The notes: generated from the sequence alone by a model not told the origin. A stretch of 64,000 bases of DNA from an uncultured Bacteroidales bacterium (GCA_902770595.1 CACXTQ010000030.1:7105-71104); one strand, 5' to 3'. Counted from the first letter of the stretch, positions 24,395-32,945 are shown. Numbers and translations: made by a program.

Positions 24395-27300
24395 ATGAAA
24401 CAGAAAGCCTTCTGGACACTTGCCTTACTATGCACGATTGCACAGGGAGTTTGGGCTCAAACCTCCGTCAAGTCGGAACAAGAACTGAAAGACGCCATCA
24501 CCAATGGTGCCACGAACATTCAACTTACCGAGAATATCCAACTCGACAAATACCTCGACATCGACGGGAAGACCGTGACCATCGATCTGAATGGCCACAA
24601 GCTCTACCGCAACTTGAACGAGCACAAAAGTGACGGCCACGTGATTTATGCGCACGGCGGCAGTAACCTTACGCTGACGAGTACGGCAGATAGCTACGGC
24701 AGCATCGAGGGCGGCATGGCCAACAACGGTGGTGCCATCCACATCCCACATGGCAACGAGGTCAGTGTCAACCGTGTCATCTTCCGGAACAACTCGGCAG
24801 CCGATCATGCCGGTGCCATCTGGAACAACGGCAAGTTTACGGCGATTCTATGCACATTTGAGAACAACATCGCTGACGACGTGGGTGCCGTCTATAACTC
24901 TGTGACATCGGATGGTGAGGGTACTGCCATCCTGGATAACTGTACCTTTACGGGCAACACGGGAACCACAGGTGCCGGCGCACTGGCCAATGCCCTGGGC
25001 GCAACGGTAATGGAACTCAGAAGCTGCAACCTTACGGGTAACACCGCCGGGAAACAGGGCGGCGCCGTCTGGAATGGTGGCACACTTACGGTTACTCGTG
25101 GCACTTTTGCGAACAATACTGCCAAAGATGTGGGTGCCATCTACAACGCTGTGTCAACCGATGGTTCGACTGCGGGCAATGCCACCCTGGAATACTGTAC
25201 CTTTACGGGCAACTCGGGTACTGCAGGTGCCGGAGCCTTGGCCAATGCCCTGGGAGCTACGGTGATGACCATCGAGGACTGCACCATCACGGGGAACACC
25301 GCCGAAACCTTTGGCGCCGGCATCTGGAATGGCGGCACGCTGAACATGAAGGGCGAGGTCAAGGTGACGGACAACACAAATGCCTCGGGCTTGGCCAGCA
25401 ATGTTTACCTGAAAAGCGGCAATGTGATTACCCTTGCCGGACAACTCTACACATCCGATGGCCCCACTATCGGCGTAGAACTGGAAAACACCTCGGGTAC
25501 GTTTACCAGCGGTTACGACGACTATCATCGTGAGATAGACCCCAGCACCTTCTTCACGGCCGACCTCTCGATTGTCGTGAATCTGGGACTTGACAACAAA
25601 GGTGAGGCATGTCTGAATGCGATTGCCGACAACCCGGTCTATTACATCGAACGGTCGTGGGATGAAGAGAACATGCAGGTGGTGAGCCAACCGAAGGGCC
25701 TTGCGGGTTTGCAGAACTACGATGCCATTCCCATCGAGGGACAGTACAAGGAAGTGACTGATGATCCCGGCTCATGGTTCAGGATGGGCGGTTTCAGCGA
25801 CAATGTAGCCGAGTACTATGTGGTGCATGGAAACGTGAATCGCGAAACCGTCGTCGTGCAAGGCAAGAACGTGCACCTCATCCTTTGCGACAAAGCCACA
25901 CTCACCCTCACCGGCGGACTGAAGCTGGAGGGCGACACCAGGCTCTACATCCACTCTCAGTCGTATAGCGTCGATATGGGCCGACTGATTGTCACCAACA
26001 GCCACACGAATGCTGCCGGCATAGGCAGTGCACAGGATAATGGCGCCGAGAAAACAGTGGGCGAGCTGGTCATTCATGGCGGACACATCGAAGCCACCGG
26101 AGGACAATATGGCGCAGGCATAGGTTCCTGTGCAAGAATCCGTGGTGGCAAAGGCGACCTCTGCAATCGAGTCACTGTCTATGGCGGATACGTCAAGGCT
26201 ACAGGTGGTGAGAGCGGTGCCGGCATCGGTGGAGGCTCGGGTTACGATAATGACGGTATCAAGGGAGGAGAGTTTATCCTCTATGATGGCACGGTGATCG
26301 CCATCGGCAACAGCTACGGAAGCGGTGTGGGAGGCGGCGGTGCCTATTACCCTGGTTTGAACAACAGTCTTGGCCAAGGCGGCCAGGGCGGCGATGTGAC
26401 TGTCTATGGCGGTTCGCTCACGGCTACCGGCGGCCATTCGGGTGCCGGCATCGGTAGTGGAAAACAATTGCACGATACCTACGCCCAGTCTCTATTTGGC
26501 GGTACGTTCACGATGTTTGGTGGCACAGTGTCTGCCAAGGGTGGTGATTTTGCTGCTGGCATTGGAGGTGGATTTTACTGTGGTGGTGCTACGGTGCGTA
26601 TCTATGATGGCACAGTTACAGCCAAAGGCGATAATAATGGAGCCGGCATCGGAGGTGGCCAATATGGCTACGGAGGCGCTGTAAGTATCACGGGCGGCAC
26701 AGTGACAGCCTATGGCGGTAGTGATGCTGCCGGCATCGGCGGCGGCCAGAAAGGCAATGGTGGCCTTGTCAACATCATCGGGGGCACGGTCATTGCCAAG
26801 GCTGGAACGCAGGGCGGCACTGGGAACAGAGCCATCGGTCCCGGCTCCGGTAAGGAAATCTATGGTTCGTTGGACATTGGCGAAAAGATGATGGTGGGCG
26901 CTGGCAACAACGGCAGTGTAGAGAGCATCTTCGATGCCGACGAACGCGTGAACGCCTGCTGGTATCGCTCCTACGCTGAGATATCGCCCTGCACGCATCC
27001 TGGAGCCACCTACACCGTCGATGGAATCGATGCCAACAGCACCCATACCCTGCATTGCAGCCATTGCACCACGACGTTCGAGGCCGAGAATCATACTTTC
27101 GAGAATGACAAGTGCATCGTTTGCGGCGTGGAAATAGGACTAAATATCAGCCTGGCCGACGACAGTGACAACGCCGAGGCGCTCACCCTATACAATGGTT
27201 TGACGGTCAACAGCGTCACCCTCGCGGGACGCACGCTTTACAAGGATGGCAAGTGGAACACGCTCTGCCTGCCGTTCGCCTTGTCTGCAGAGCAGGTGAA

Positions 27301-27916
27301 CGCGCAGTTGGCACCTGATGGGCTAATGACGCTCAGTGGATCGGAGTTCGATTCAGCGAATGGAACACTGACGCTTGACTTCGCAGATGCCACGGAGATC
27401 GAGGCGGGCAAGCCCTATATTGTGAAGTGGGCGGCAACGACTCCGGATTACGTTGAGAATCCCGAATTCACAGGCGTGACCATCAGCAATGCAACCACTC
27501 CCGTCGAGACCAAATACGTCGATTTCGTGGGCACCTTCTCCCCCATCGACATCTTCACCGAATACAAGACCAATCTCTATCTTGCTGCAAACAACAAGCT
27601 CTACTATCCTTCGGGAGAGGGCATGACCTCGTTCCCCATCAACTCCTTCCGCGCCTACTTCCAGCTGAAGAAAGGCCTCATGGCGGGTGAGCCTGTTTCT
27701 ACGGACGTCCAGCCCATCAAGGCATTCGTCCTCAACTTCGGCAAGGAGACGGGCATTGAAGAGGTTAATGGTTATGGGTTATGGGTTAATGGTTATGGGT
27801 TATGGGTTAATGGTTATGGAGCTGGATGGTGCACGCTGGACGGCCGCCGTCTCGACTCCAAGCCTACTGATGCAGGCCTCTACATCCACAACGGTCGCAA
27901 GGTGCTGATCAAGTAA
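24395..27916 (+). CDS. large beta-helix adhesin-like surface protein with Pmp-type repeats, GxGIGG repeats and a T9SS C-terminal sorting domain
   Basis: 1173 aa. Signal peptide. GGAI/FxxN-type units (NNGGAIHIPHG...FRNNSA, GAVYN..., GAGALANALGATVM repeated twice). Seven or more repeats of GG..GAGIGGG. C-terminus WCTLDGRRLDSKPTDAGLYIHNGRKVLIK. Confidence 0.8.
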   Translation: MKQKAFWTLALLCTIAQGVWAQTSVKSEQELKDAITNGATNIQLTENIQLDKYLDIDGKTVTIDLNGHKLYRNLNEHKSDGHVIYAHGGSNLTLTSTADSYGSIEGGMANNGGAIHIPHGNEVSVNRVIFRNNSAADHAGAIWNNGKFTAILCTFENNIADDVGAVYNSVTSDGEGTAILDNCTFTGNTGTTGAGALANALGATVMELRSCNLTGNTAGKQGGAVWNGGTLTVTRGTFANNTAKDVGAIYNAVSTDGSTAGNATLEYCTFTGNSGTAGAGALANALGATVMTIEDCTITGNTAETFGAGIWNGGTLNMKGEVKVTDNTNASGLASNVYLKSGNVITLAGQLYTSDGPTIGVELENTSGTFTSGYDDYHREIDPSTFFTADLSIVVNLGLDNKGEACLNAIADNPVYYIERSWDEENMQVVSQPKGLAGLQNYDAIPIEGQYKEVTDDPGSWFRMGGFSDNVAEYYVVHGNVNRETVVVQGKNVHLILCDKATLTLTGGLKLEGDTRLYIHSQSYSVDMGRLIVTNSHTNAAGIGSAQDNGAEKTVGELVIHGGHIEATGGQYGAGIGSCARIRGGKGDLCNRVTVYGGYVKATGGESGAGIGGGSGYDNDGIKGGEFILYDGTVIAIGNSYGSGVGGGGAYYPGLNNSLGQGGQGGDVTVYGGSLTATGGHSGAGIGSGKQLHDTYAQSLFGGTFTMFGGTVSAKGGDFAAGIGGGFYCGGATVRIYDGTVTAKGDNNGAGIGGGQYGYGGAVSITGGTVTAYGGSDAAGIGGGQKGNGGLVNIIGGTVIAKAGTQGGTGNRAIGPGSGKEIYGSLDIGEKMMVGAGNNGSVESIFDADERVNACWYRSYAEISPCTHPGATYTVDGIDANSTHTLHCSHCTTTFEAENHTFENDKCIVCGVEIGLNISLADDSDNAEALTLYNGLTVNSVTLAGRTLYKDGKWNTLCLPFALSAEQVNAQLAPDGLMTLSGSEFDSANGTLTLDFADATEIEAGKPYIVKWAATTPDYVENPEFTGVTISNATTPVETKYVDFVGTFSPIDIFTEYKTNLYLAANNKLYYPSGEGMTSFPINSFRAYFQLKKGLMAGEPVSTDVQPIKAFVLNFGKETGIEEVNGYGLWVNGYGLWVNGYGAGWCTLDGRRLDSKPTDAGLYIHNGRKVLIK
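27764..27820 (+). repeat. heptanucleotide / 21-nt tandem repeat inside the CDS (gttaatg gttatgg gttatgg, about 2.7 units)
   Basis: Eight consecutive 7-nt units. Translated as VNGYGLW VNGYGLW VNGYG, immediately before the T9SS sorting domain. Confidence 0.9.
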
Positions 27917-27959
27917 CGTTCTCTTTCTATCAAGAATTCGCGAATTTGAGTATTTCTTT

Positions 27960-28008
27960 GCGCTACGGATTTCACGTATTTAACGGATTTCCGTAGCGCT
28001 TATATTTT
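27960..28008 (+). terminator. hairpin terminator after the 1173-aa gene
   Basis: 10-bp stem gcgctacgga / tccgtagcgc with a 20-nt loop, then ttatatttt. Confidence 0.45.
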
Positions 28009-28078
28009 GATAATCAATAACTTGAAAATTATAGAATAAATTCTATGAGATGTAGAACGGTGGTTTGCATATAATAGC

Positions 28079-29065
28079 TTAGAACAAATAGCGCTCCTTG
28101 AGATAGTTTACCCAGGCGGCGCCGTCGGGGTCGGTGAAGTTCTGTTGGATCAACAGGAAGAGGTCCTCGAAGGTGATGGCTTGCCACGTCTTTTGTCCTT
28201 CTGGGCTAAGCCATTGCTTGTAATTACGCACGGCACCATTGTGCGTCTTGTCGCCCTGGAAATGGGTGTTGCCCTTGGGATAAACCAGCAGGGAAAGGAA
28301 ATACTTGATGTCCTCATTCTGCACCATGGAAGCGCCCAGCAGGTGATTGCGCCAGATCTGACGCAGTTCGTTACGCACCAATGGCGACCACGCTCTGAGG
28401 CCCGTCTCCTCACGCTTGAAGGCTTTTGGAATGAAATACCTGGATTCCTTCATCACAGCATAATAGGTGGAATGCTTGTAGTTTGTGATAGCCTCCTTCT
28501 TTTCCTTCTCGCTCGGCGAGTAGCCTTTTTCGGTATATTTCACCTCAATACCGATGCCGCCTTTTGCACCATCTTCTGTCACAAATTCAACATAGGTGTC
28601 GAAGGAGGTTTTGTCGTTGAGGTAAACTTTATCTTTGGGAGCATACTCAACGGTGATGCCGGTGATTTCCTTAATCTTTGGGCCGTTGGGCGAAACCTTT
28701 TCGAGGATTGAGTTGAACAGGTCCTTGGCATGACTTTTCTTGTCGTCGGACAAGGACATCGGGAAGAAGATATTCCAGGGCATGTGCTCACTGCGAAGTG
28801 CGTGACGCATCATCAAAGCGGACGGAGCATAGGTTCCTGCCTCTTTCCGCTGCTTGATTTCGTCAAGGATCTGCTGACGATAACCTTCGTAGAAAATCTT
28901 TCCGTCCTTGGCATCTTCCTTTTTGAGCAAAGCATCGACGGGGTCCTTCGCTTCGGGATAACCTGTGGGTTTGCGTCCAAAGGTGTCAAACTTCTTGATT
29001 CCGTACTTTTCAACGAAATAACTTGCCTGTTTCTTACGAGCATTGTCTTTGAAATTGTTTTTCAT
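28079..29065 (-). CDS. hypothetical protein, candidate PD-(D/E)XK-fold nuclease
   Basis: 328 aa. Candidate motif FDTYVEF...GIGIEVKYTE (D...E.K), preceded by LRSEHMPWNIFFP and followed by LRQIWRNHLL. No adjacent methyltransferase. Confidence 0.4.
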   Translation of the reverse strand: MKNNFKDNARKKQASYFVEKYGIKKFDTFGRKPTGYPEAKDPVDALLKKEDAKDGKIFYEGYRQQILDEIKQRKEAGTYAPSALMMRHALRSEHMPWNIFFPMSLSDDKKSHAKDLFNSILEKVSPNGPKIKEITGITVEYAPKDKVYLNDKTSFDTYVEFVTEDGAKGGIGIEVKYTEKGYSPSEKEKKEAITNYKHSTYYAVMKESRYFIPKAFKREETGLRAWSPLVRNELRQIWRNHLLGASMVQNEDIKYFLSLLVYPKGNTHFQGDKTHNGAVRNYKQWLSPEGQKTWQAITFEDLFLLIQQNFTDPDGAAWVNYLKERYLF

Positions 29066-29138
29066 AAGCTTAAATGTAAATAAATGAAGTATTTAAGGAT
29101 ATTAGTTTTATCGGGAGTTAGTATTTGCCATCATCGAT

Positions 29139-29408
29139 TTACCCCCTCGTCAAATACGCCTGCACGATAAAGGCGATGAATAAGATGATTGCAATGGCGG
29201 AAATAATAATGGCTGAGTATTTAAGAAATTTGGGGTGAGTCTGCTCCAGGTGGGAAATCCTGTCGAGACCCAAGAGGATGAGGGAAGTAGCAAGGAGCAA
29301 TCCGAAAATCATGGACATCAAACTTCTTACGCCAGAGAAGTATGCATAGAAGTTGTAGATGAAATAAGTGGCTCCGAATAGAACCATAAAAATAGCGAAT
29401 TTTTTCAT
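29139..29408 (-). CDS. small 3-TM membrane protein, paralog 2 of 23440-23709
   Basis: I chose the start at MKKFAIF (29408), which gives 89 aa, the same length as paralog 1. C-terminus FIVQAYLTRG versus FIVQAFLTRG. TATCTTTG box at 29457-29464. Confidence 0.55.
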   Translation of the reverse strand: MKKFAIFMVLFGATYFIYNFYAYFSGVRSLMSMIFGLLLATSLILLGLDRISHLEQTHPKFLKYSAIIISAIAIILFIAFIVQAYLTRG

Positions 29409-29456
29409 AGATTTAATATTGAGAGGATTGTTTAATATAGTCGATCTTAGACGGCA

Positions 29457-29464
29457 CAAAGATA
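29457..29464 (-). promoter_or_regulatory. -7 promoter box TATCTTTG for 29139-29408
   Basis: Plus-strand caaagata. Confidence 0.5.
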
Positions 29465-29621
29465 CACTTTTTTTTAATATGTACAAAAAAATCAATAATT
29501 TTTCTACAATATTACATTTAAATTTGTTGCTAAGATTGCATCTTTTTCATTTTTCCCGTATTATTGAAGTGAAATGTGGTTTTTGGGAGAAGTTTTGTTT
29601 TGATTGTTCGGAAAAAATCAC

Positions 29622-29629
29622 TATCTTTG
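29622..29629 (+). promoter_or_regulatory. -7 promoter box TATCTTTG for the nitroreductase-ubiE-menA operon
   Basis: Exact match, 26 nt before the ATG at 29655. Confidence 0.6.
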
Positions 29630-29654
29630 CGGCGATATTTAAAGAAAACAAATT

Positions 29655-30179
29655 ATGAATTCTTTCCTGGAATTGGCAAAAGAGCGGTGCTCGGTGCGCG
29701 CATACAAGTCGGATCGCGTCGAAGCGGAAAAGCTGGATTATATCCTTGAGGCTGCTCGAATGGCTCCATCGGCGGTGAACAAGCAGCCGTGGAAAATCTA
29801 TATGATTACGCCTGAGAGCGGCCTTGAACTGCGCGAGAAGGTGCAGCGCTGCTACGACCGCGATTGGTTCAAGACGGCTCCGTACTACCTGATTCTTTGC
29901 ATCGAGCACGACCAGAGCTGGCATCGCGGCAACGACGGCAAGGACCATGGCGACATCGACATCGCCATACTGGCTGAGCATATCTGCCTGGCTGCTGCCG
30001 AGCAGGGCCTGGGCACCTGCTGGGTTTGCAACTTCGATGCGAAGCTGTGCCATGAGCTCTTTGGCTTCGGGGCTGACGAGGAGCCTGCCGTGCTTATTCC
30101 CCTTGGCTATCCGGCCGATGACTTTGTGGCGCGGGAGAAGACGAGAAAGACGATTGAGGAAATAACCAAAGTTTTTTAG
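29655..30179 (+). CDS. nitroreductase family protein
   Basis: 174 aa. RCSVRAYKSD...ILEAARMAPSAVNKQPW. Confidence 0.8.
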   Translation: MNSFLELAKERCSVRAYKSDRVEAEKLDYILEAARMAPSAVNKQPWKIYMITPESGLELREKVQRCYDRDWFKTAPYYLILCIEHDQSWHRGNDGKDHGDIDIAILAEHICLAAAEQGLGTCWVCNFDAKLCHELFGFGADEEPAVLIPLGYPADDFVAREKTRKTIEEITKVF

Positions 30180-30212
30180 GCAGCCATAAACGGCCGCGAC
30201 GGAAACAAAAAG
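30180..30212 (+). repeat. REP-like hairpin unit (gcagccataaacggccgc + gacggaaacaaaaag)
   Basis: Imperfect palindrome plus a purine-rich tail. Related units at 30915, 30984, 39081 and 43558. Confidence 0.5.
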
Positions 30213-30216
30213 TTTT

Positions 30217-30909
30217 ATGGCGAAAAAGAACTTTGTGGAGAAGATGTTTGATGACATCGCTCCTACCTATGATAAATTGAATCATATCCTTTCGCTCAAC
30301 GTGGACAAGAGCTGGAGGCGAAAAGCCGTGAAGCGGATCTGTTCGACCAATCCGCAGCACGTGCTCGACATCGCGTGCGGAACGGGTGACTTCGCAATTG
30401 CCTTGGCCCAAGCCGGTGTACCAAAGGTGTCGGGAATAGATATCTCGGAGGGTATGCTCGAAGTGGGACGTGAGAAGGTGAAGAATCTCGGTCTGGATAT
30501 CGAGATGAAGGTGGACGACAGCGAGTGCCTGAGTTATGCCGACAATACCTTCGATGCCATCAGCGTGGCTTTCGGCGTTCGCAATTTTGAGCATCTGCAA
30601 TTGGGACTGAACGAGATGAACCGCGTGCTTCGTCCCGGGGCTTTGGTATGCATCGTGGAGCTGTCGGTGCCTTCGAATCCGATTCTGCTATGGGGCTACA
30701 AGCTCTATTTCCTGCACGTCCTTCCGTTTATCGGTGGGCTTATTTCGGGTAATAAGAGTGCTTACAAGTATTTGCCAAAGTCGGTGCTGAACTTCCCCAA
30801 GCCAGACAAGGTGTGTGAGATGCTGCGCCTGGCAGGGTTCGAGAAGGTGGAGGCCAAGGCGTTCACGTTCGGGCTTTGCAGGATGTTCACGGGTGTCAAG
30901 AAAGGGTGA
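30217..30909 (+). CDS. ubiE: demethylmenaquinone methyltransferase (UbiE/MenG)
   Basis: 230 aa. MFDDIAPTYDKLNHILSLNVDKSWRRKAV. SAM motif VLDIACGTGD. Confidence 0.85.
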   Translation: MAKKNFVEKMFDDIAPTYDKLNHILSLNVDKSWRRKAVKRICSTNPQHVLDIACGTGDFAIALAQAGVPKVSGIDISEGMLEVGREKVKNLGLDIEMKVDDSECLSYADNTFDAISVAFGVRNFEHLQLGLNEMNRVLRPGALVCIVELSVPSNPILLWGYKLYFLHVLPFIGGLISGNKSAYKYLPKSVLNFPKPDKVCEMLRLAGFEKVEAKAFTFGLCRMFTGVKKG

Positions 30910-30914
30910 TTGAA

Positions 30915-30947
30915 GCGGCCAAAAACGGCCGCGACGAGAAAACAAAG
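30915..30947 (+). repeat. REP-like hairpin unit (gcggccaaaaacggccgc + gacgagaaaacaaag)
   Basis: 6-bp GC stem with loop aaaaac. Same architecture as 30180-30212. Confidence 0.55.
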
Positions 30948-30983
30948 CGGCGGCAAAAGACGGCTGTGCAACGACGTTAAGGT

Positions 30984-31001
30984 GCGGCCAAGCTTGGCCG
31001 C
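30984..31001 (+). repeat. REP-like perfect palindrome gcggccaagcttggccgc
   Basis: 18-nt perfect palindrome followed by gacg, in the ubiE-menA spacer. Confidence 0.55.
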
Positions 31002-31022
31002 GACGTTTAACAGAATAACGAA

Positions 31023-31991
31023 ATGGCAATGAATAACGAGATAAAGATGAATTCGGTGAAGGCGTGGCTGCTGGCTGCACGACCGAAGACGCTGACGGGG
31101 GCGATGATCCCCGTGATGCTGGCAGGAGCGATGGCATGTCGTGTGGGTGCATTCGACGAAACATGGTTCGGGACACCTGGATTGCATCTTTTCCTTTGGC
31201 TGTGTTGCGCGCTGTTTGCGTGCCTGATGCAGGTAGCTGCCAATATGATCAACGACCTGTATGACTTCCGCAAAGGAACGGATCGCGAGGACAGATTGGG
31301 ACCAGAACGTGCCTGTGCACAAGGATGGATTACACCCGAAGCTATGCGCAAGGGCATCGTGTGCGTTCTTGTGGCGGCTTGTATTGTCGGACTTGCTGCC
31401 GTGTATAGGAGCTACGAGTTCCTGCCATGGAAGGGCGTCGAATTCATTCTGCTTGGATTGGCCTGCGTTCTCTTTGCCTTCCTCTACACCACCCGACTGT
31501 CGTATATGGGATGGGGCGATCTGCTCGTGCTCATCTTCTTCGGATTTGTACCCGTCTGCGGCACCTATTATCTGCAGACACTCTATATTGGAACGAATGC
31601 CATTCTGCTGAGCCTGATTGCCGGTATTGCCATCGATGCGCTCCTGATGATTAACAACTATCGTGACCGTGACCAGGACCGTATTTCGGGCAAGCGTACG
31701 ATAGTAGTAAGATTTGGTGAAAAGTGCGGACGCTATGCCTATCTGCTGATTGGCGTGATTGTGACGGCGCTCGTCTTCTGGCTTTGCTGGCGCACGATAA
31801 TGTTCGATGGCAGGCCGGTGCGTTTCGTCTTCCTTGCCTTGCAATTGATCTATCCTGTCATGCACTTTATGACGTGGCGCAAGATGGTAAAGATATTTTC
31901 AGGCAGAGCTTTGAATGGAATCTTGGGCGAAACTTCGCGCAATATGTTCCTGATGGCGGCATTCCTGTCGCTGGCATTAATGCTAGGATAA
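31023..31991 (+). CDS. menA: 1,4-dihydroxy-2-naphthoate polyprenyltransferase (MenA, UbiA family)
   Basis: 322 aa. WLLAARPKTL. NDLYDFRKGTDRED (UbiA-family Asp-rich motif). Second motif NNYRDRDQD. Confidence 0.85.
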   Translation: MAMNNEIKMNSVKAWLLAARPKTLTGAMIPVMLAGAMACRVGAFDETWFGTPGLHLFLWLCCALFACLMQVAANMINDLYDFRKGTDREDRLGPERACAQGWITPEAMRKGIVCVLVAACIVGLAAVYRSYEFLPWKGVEFILLGLACVLFAFLYTTRLSYMGWGDLLVLIFFGFVPVCGTYYLQTLYIGTNAILLSLIAGIAIDALLMINNYRDRDQDRISGKRTIVVRFGEKCGRYAYLLIGVIVTALVFWLCWRTIMFDGRPVRFVFLALQLIYPVMHFMTWRKMVKIFSGRALNGILGETSRNMFLMAAFLSLALMLG

Positions 31992-32022
31992 CTTATTTCA
32001 AACCAATTAATTTATAAACAAA

Positions 32023-32649
32023 ATGAAGAAGACAATGTTGTTGATGGGTCTTGCCATTCTGACCCTCTGCGGTTGCAGCAACGAGAATGGAAAAGTTGAA
32101 AAAAGCGCGAGTGATGTGGTGATTGAGACCATCATGACCCGTCGTTCGATTCGCCAGTACAAAGATGAGCCTGTGAGCCGCGAGCAGATGGAAACCATCT
32201 TGAAGTGCGGTATCAATGCCCCCAGCGGCAGCAATAGACAGGAATGGGAGATTCGCGTGGTGGATAATCCCGAATTCATCAACGGTTGCACCGAAGCCTG
32301 GAAGAAGACCCTCGATGCCGACAGACTTACGAAGATGGTCGATGCCAACTTCAAGAATATGTTCCGCAACGCTCCAACTGTGGTGTTCATCGCTTGTCCG
32401 AAGGGCACCGAACTGAACTGCGGATTCCTTGGCCAGAACATGATGCTTTCGGCATGGTCGATGGGTATCGGCACCTGCTGCCTGGGTGGCCCCGTGCAGT
32501 TCTTCCGCACCGAGGCTGGCGCTGAGTATCTGAAAAAGCTGGAATTCAGCGAGGGATACGAGATCCTCTATGCCATTGCTTTCGGCTATCCCGACGAAAC
32601 GCCTGATGCCAAGCCCAGGGATTGGGACAAGGTGAAGTTCCTGGACTGA
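32023..32649 (+). CDS. nitroreductase family lipoprotein
   Basis: Lipobox LTLCGC. TRRSIRQYKDEPV...INAPSGSNRQEW. Confidence 0.75.
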   Translation: MKKTMLLMGLAILTLCGCSNENGKVEKSASDVVIETIMTRRSIRQYKDEPVSREQMETILKCGINAPSGSNRQEWEIRVVDNPEFINGCTEAWKKTLDADRLTKMVDANFKNMFRNAPTVVFIACPKGTELNCGFLGQNMMLSAWSMGIGTCCLGGPVQFFRTEAGAEYLKKLEFSEGYEILYAIAFGYPDETPDAKPRDWDKVKFLD

Positions 32650-32843
32650 TCGGTATGAGCTGAGCTATTTTAGCTGAGCAATAATAAAACACATTTTTGC
32701 TTTGAAGTTAACAGGAGTTAGAGGGAGTTTTTGCTATCTTCCGCTAACTCCCATTACCATTAAAAACTTTTACGACTACCTTCATTACCTTATTTTTACA
32801 CTACTAAGTAACTATTCGGAATTAACTATACATATTTTTCTTT

Positions 32844-32945
32844 TAACACGAATTATCGCAAATTATCATTAATTTCTCAGTATGTGTCTATATTGACCTG
32901 CCTTTATACTAATATTCATGTAAATTCATGATAATTCGTGTTAAG
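32844..32945. repeat. MITE-like element, family 2 (perfect 15-nt inverted termini ttaacacgaattatc / gataattcgtgttaa)
   Basis: Termini at 32844-32858 and 32931-32945, flanking 72 nt of AT-rich DNA. Confidence 0.65.

Noticed and set aside
25154-27094. Minus-strand ORFs of 178, 233 and 200 aa inside the adhesin-like gene
   Set aside because: They are antisense shadows of the GGxGAGIGG repeat region, with no starts supported by promoter boxes.
29547-30257. 236-aa minus-strand ORF
   Set aside because: It is antisense to the nitroreductase gene and spans its promoter. It has no motif.
30762-31865. 367-aa minus-strand ORF
   Set aside because: It is antisense to menA, which is unambiguous.
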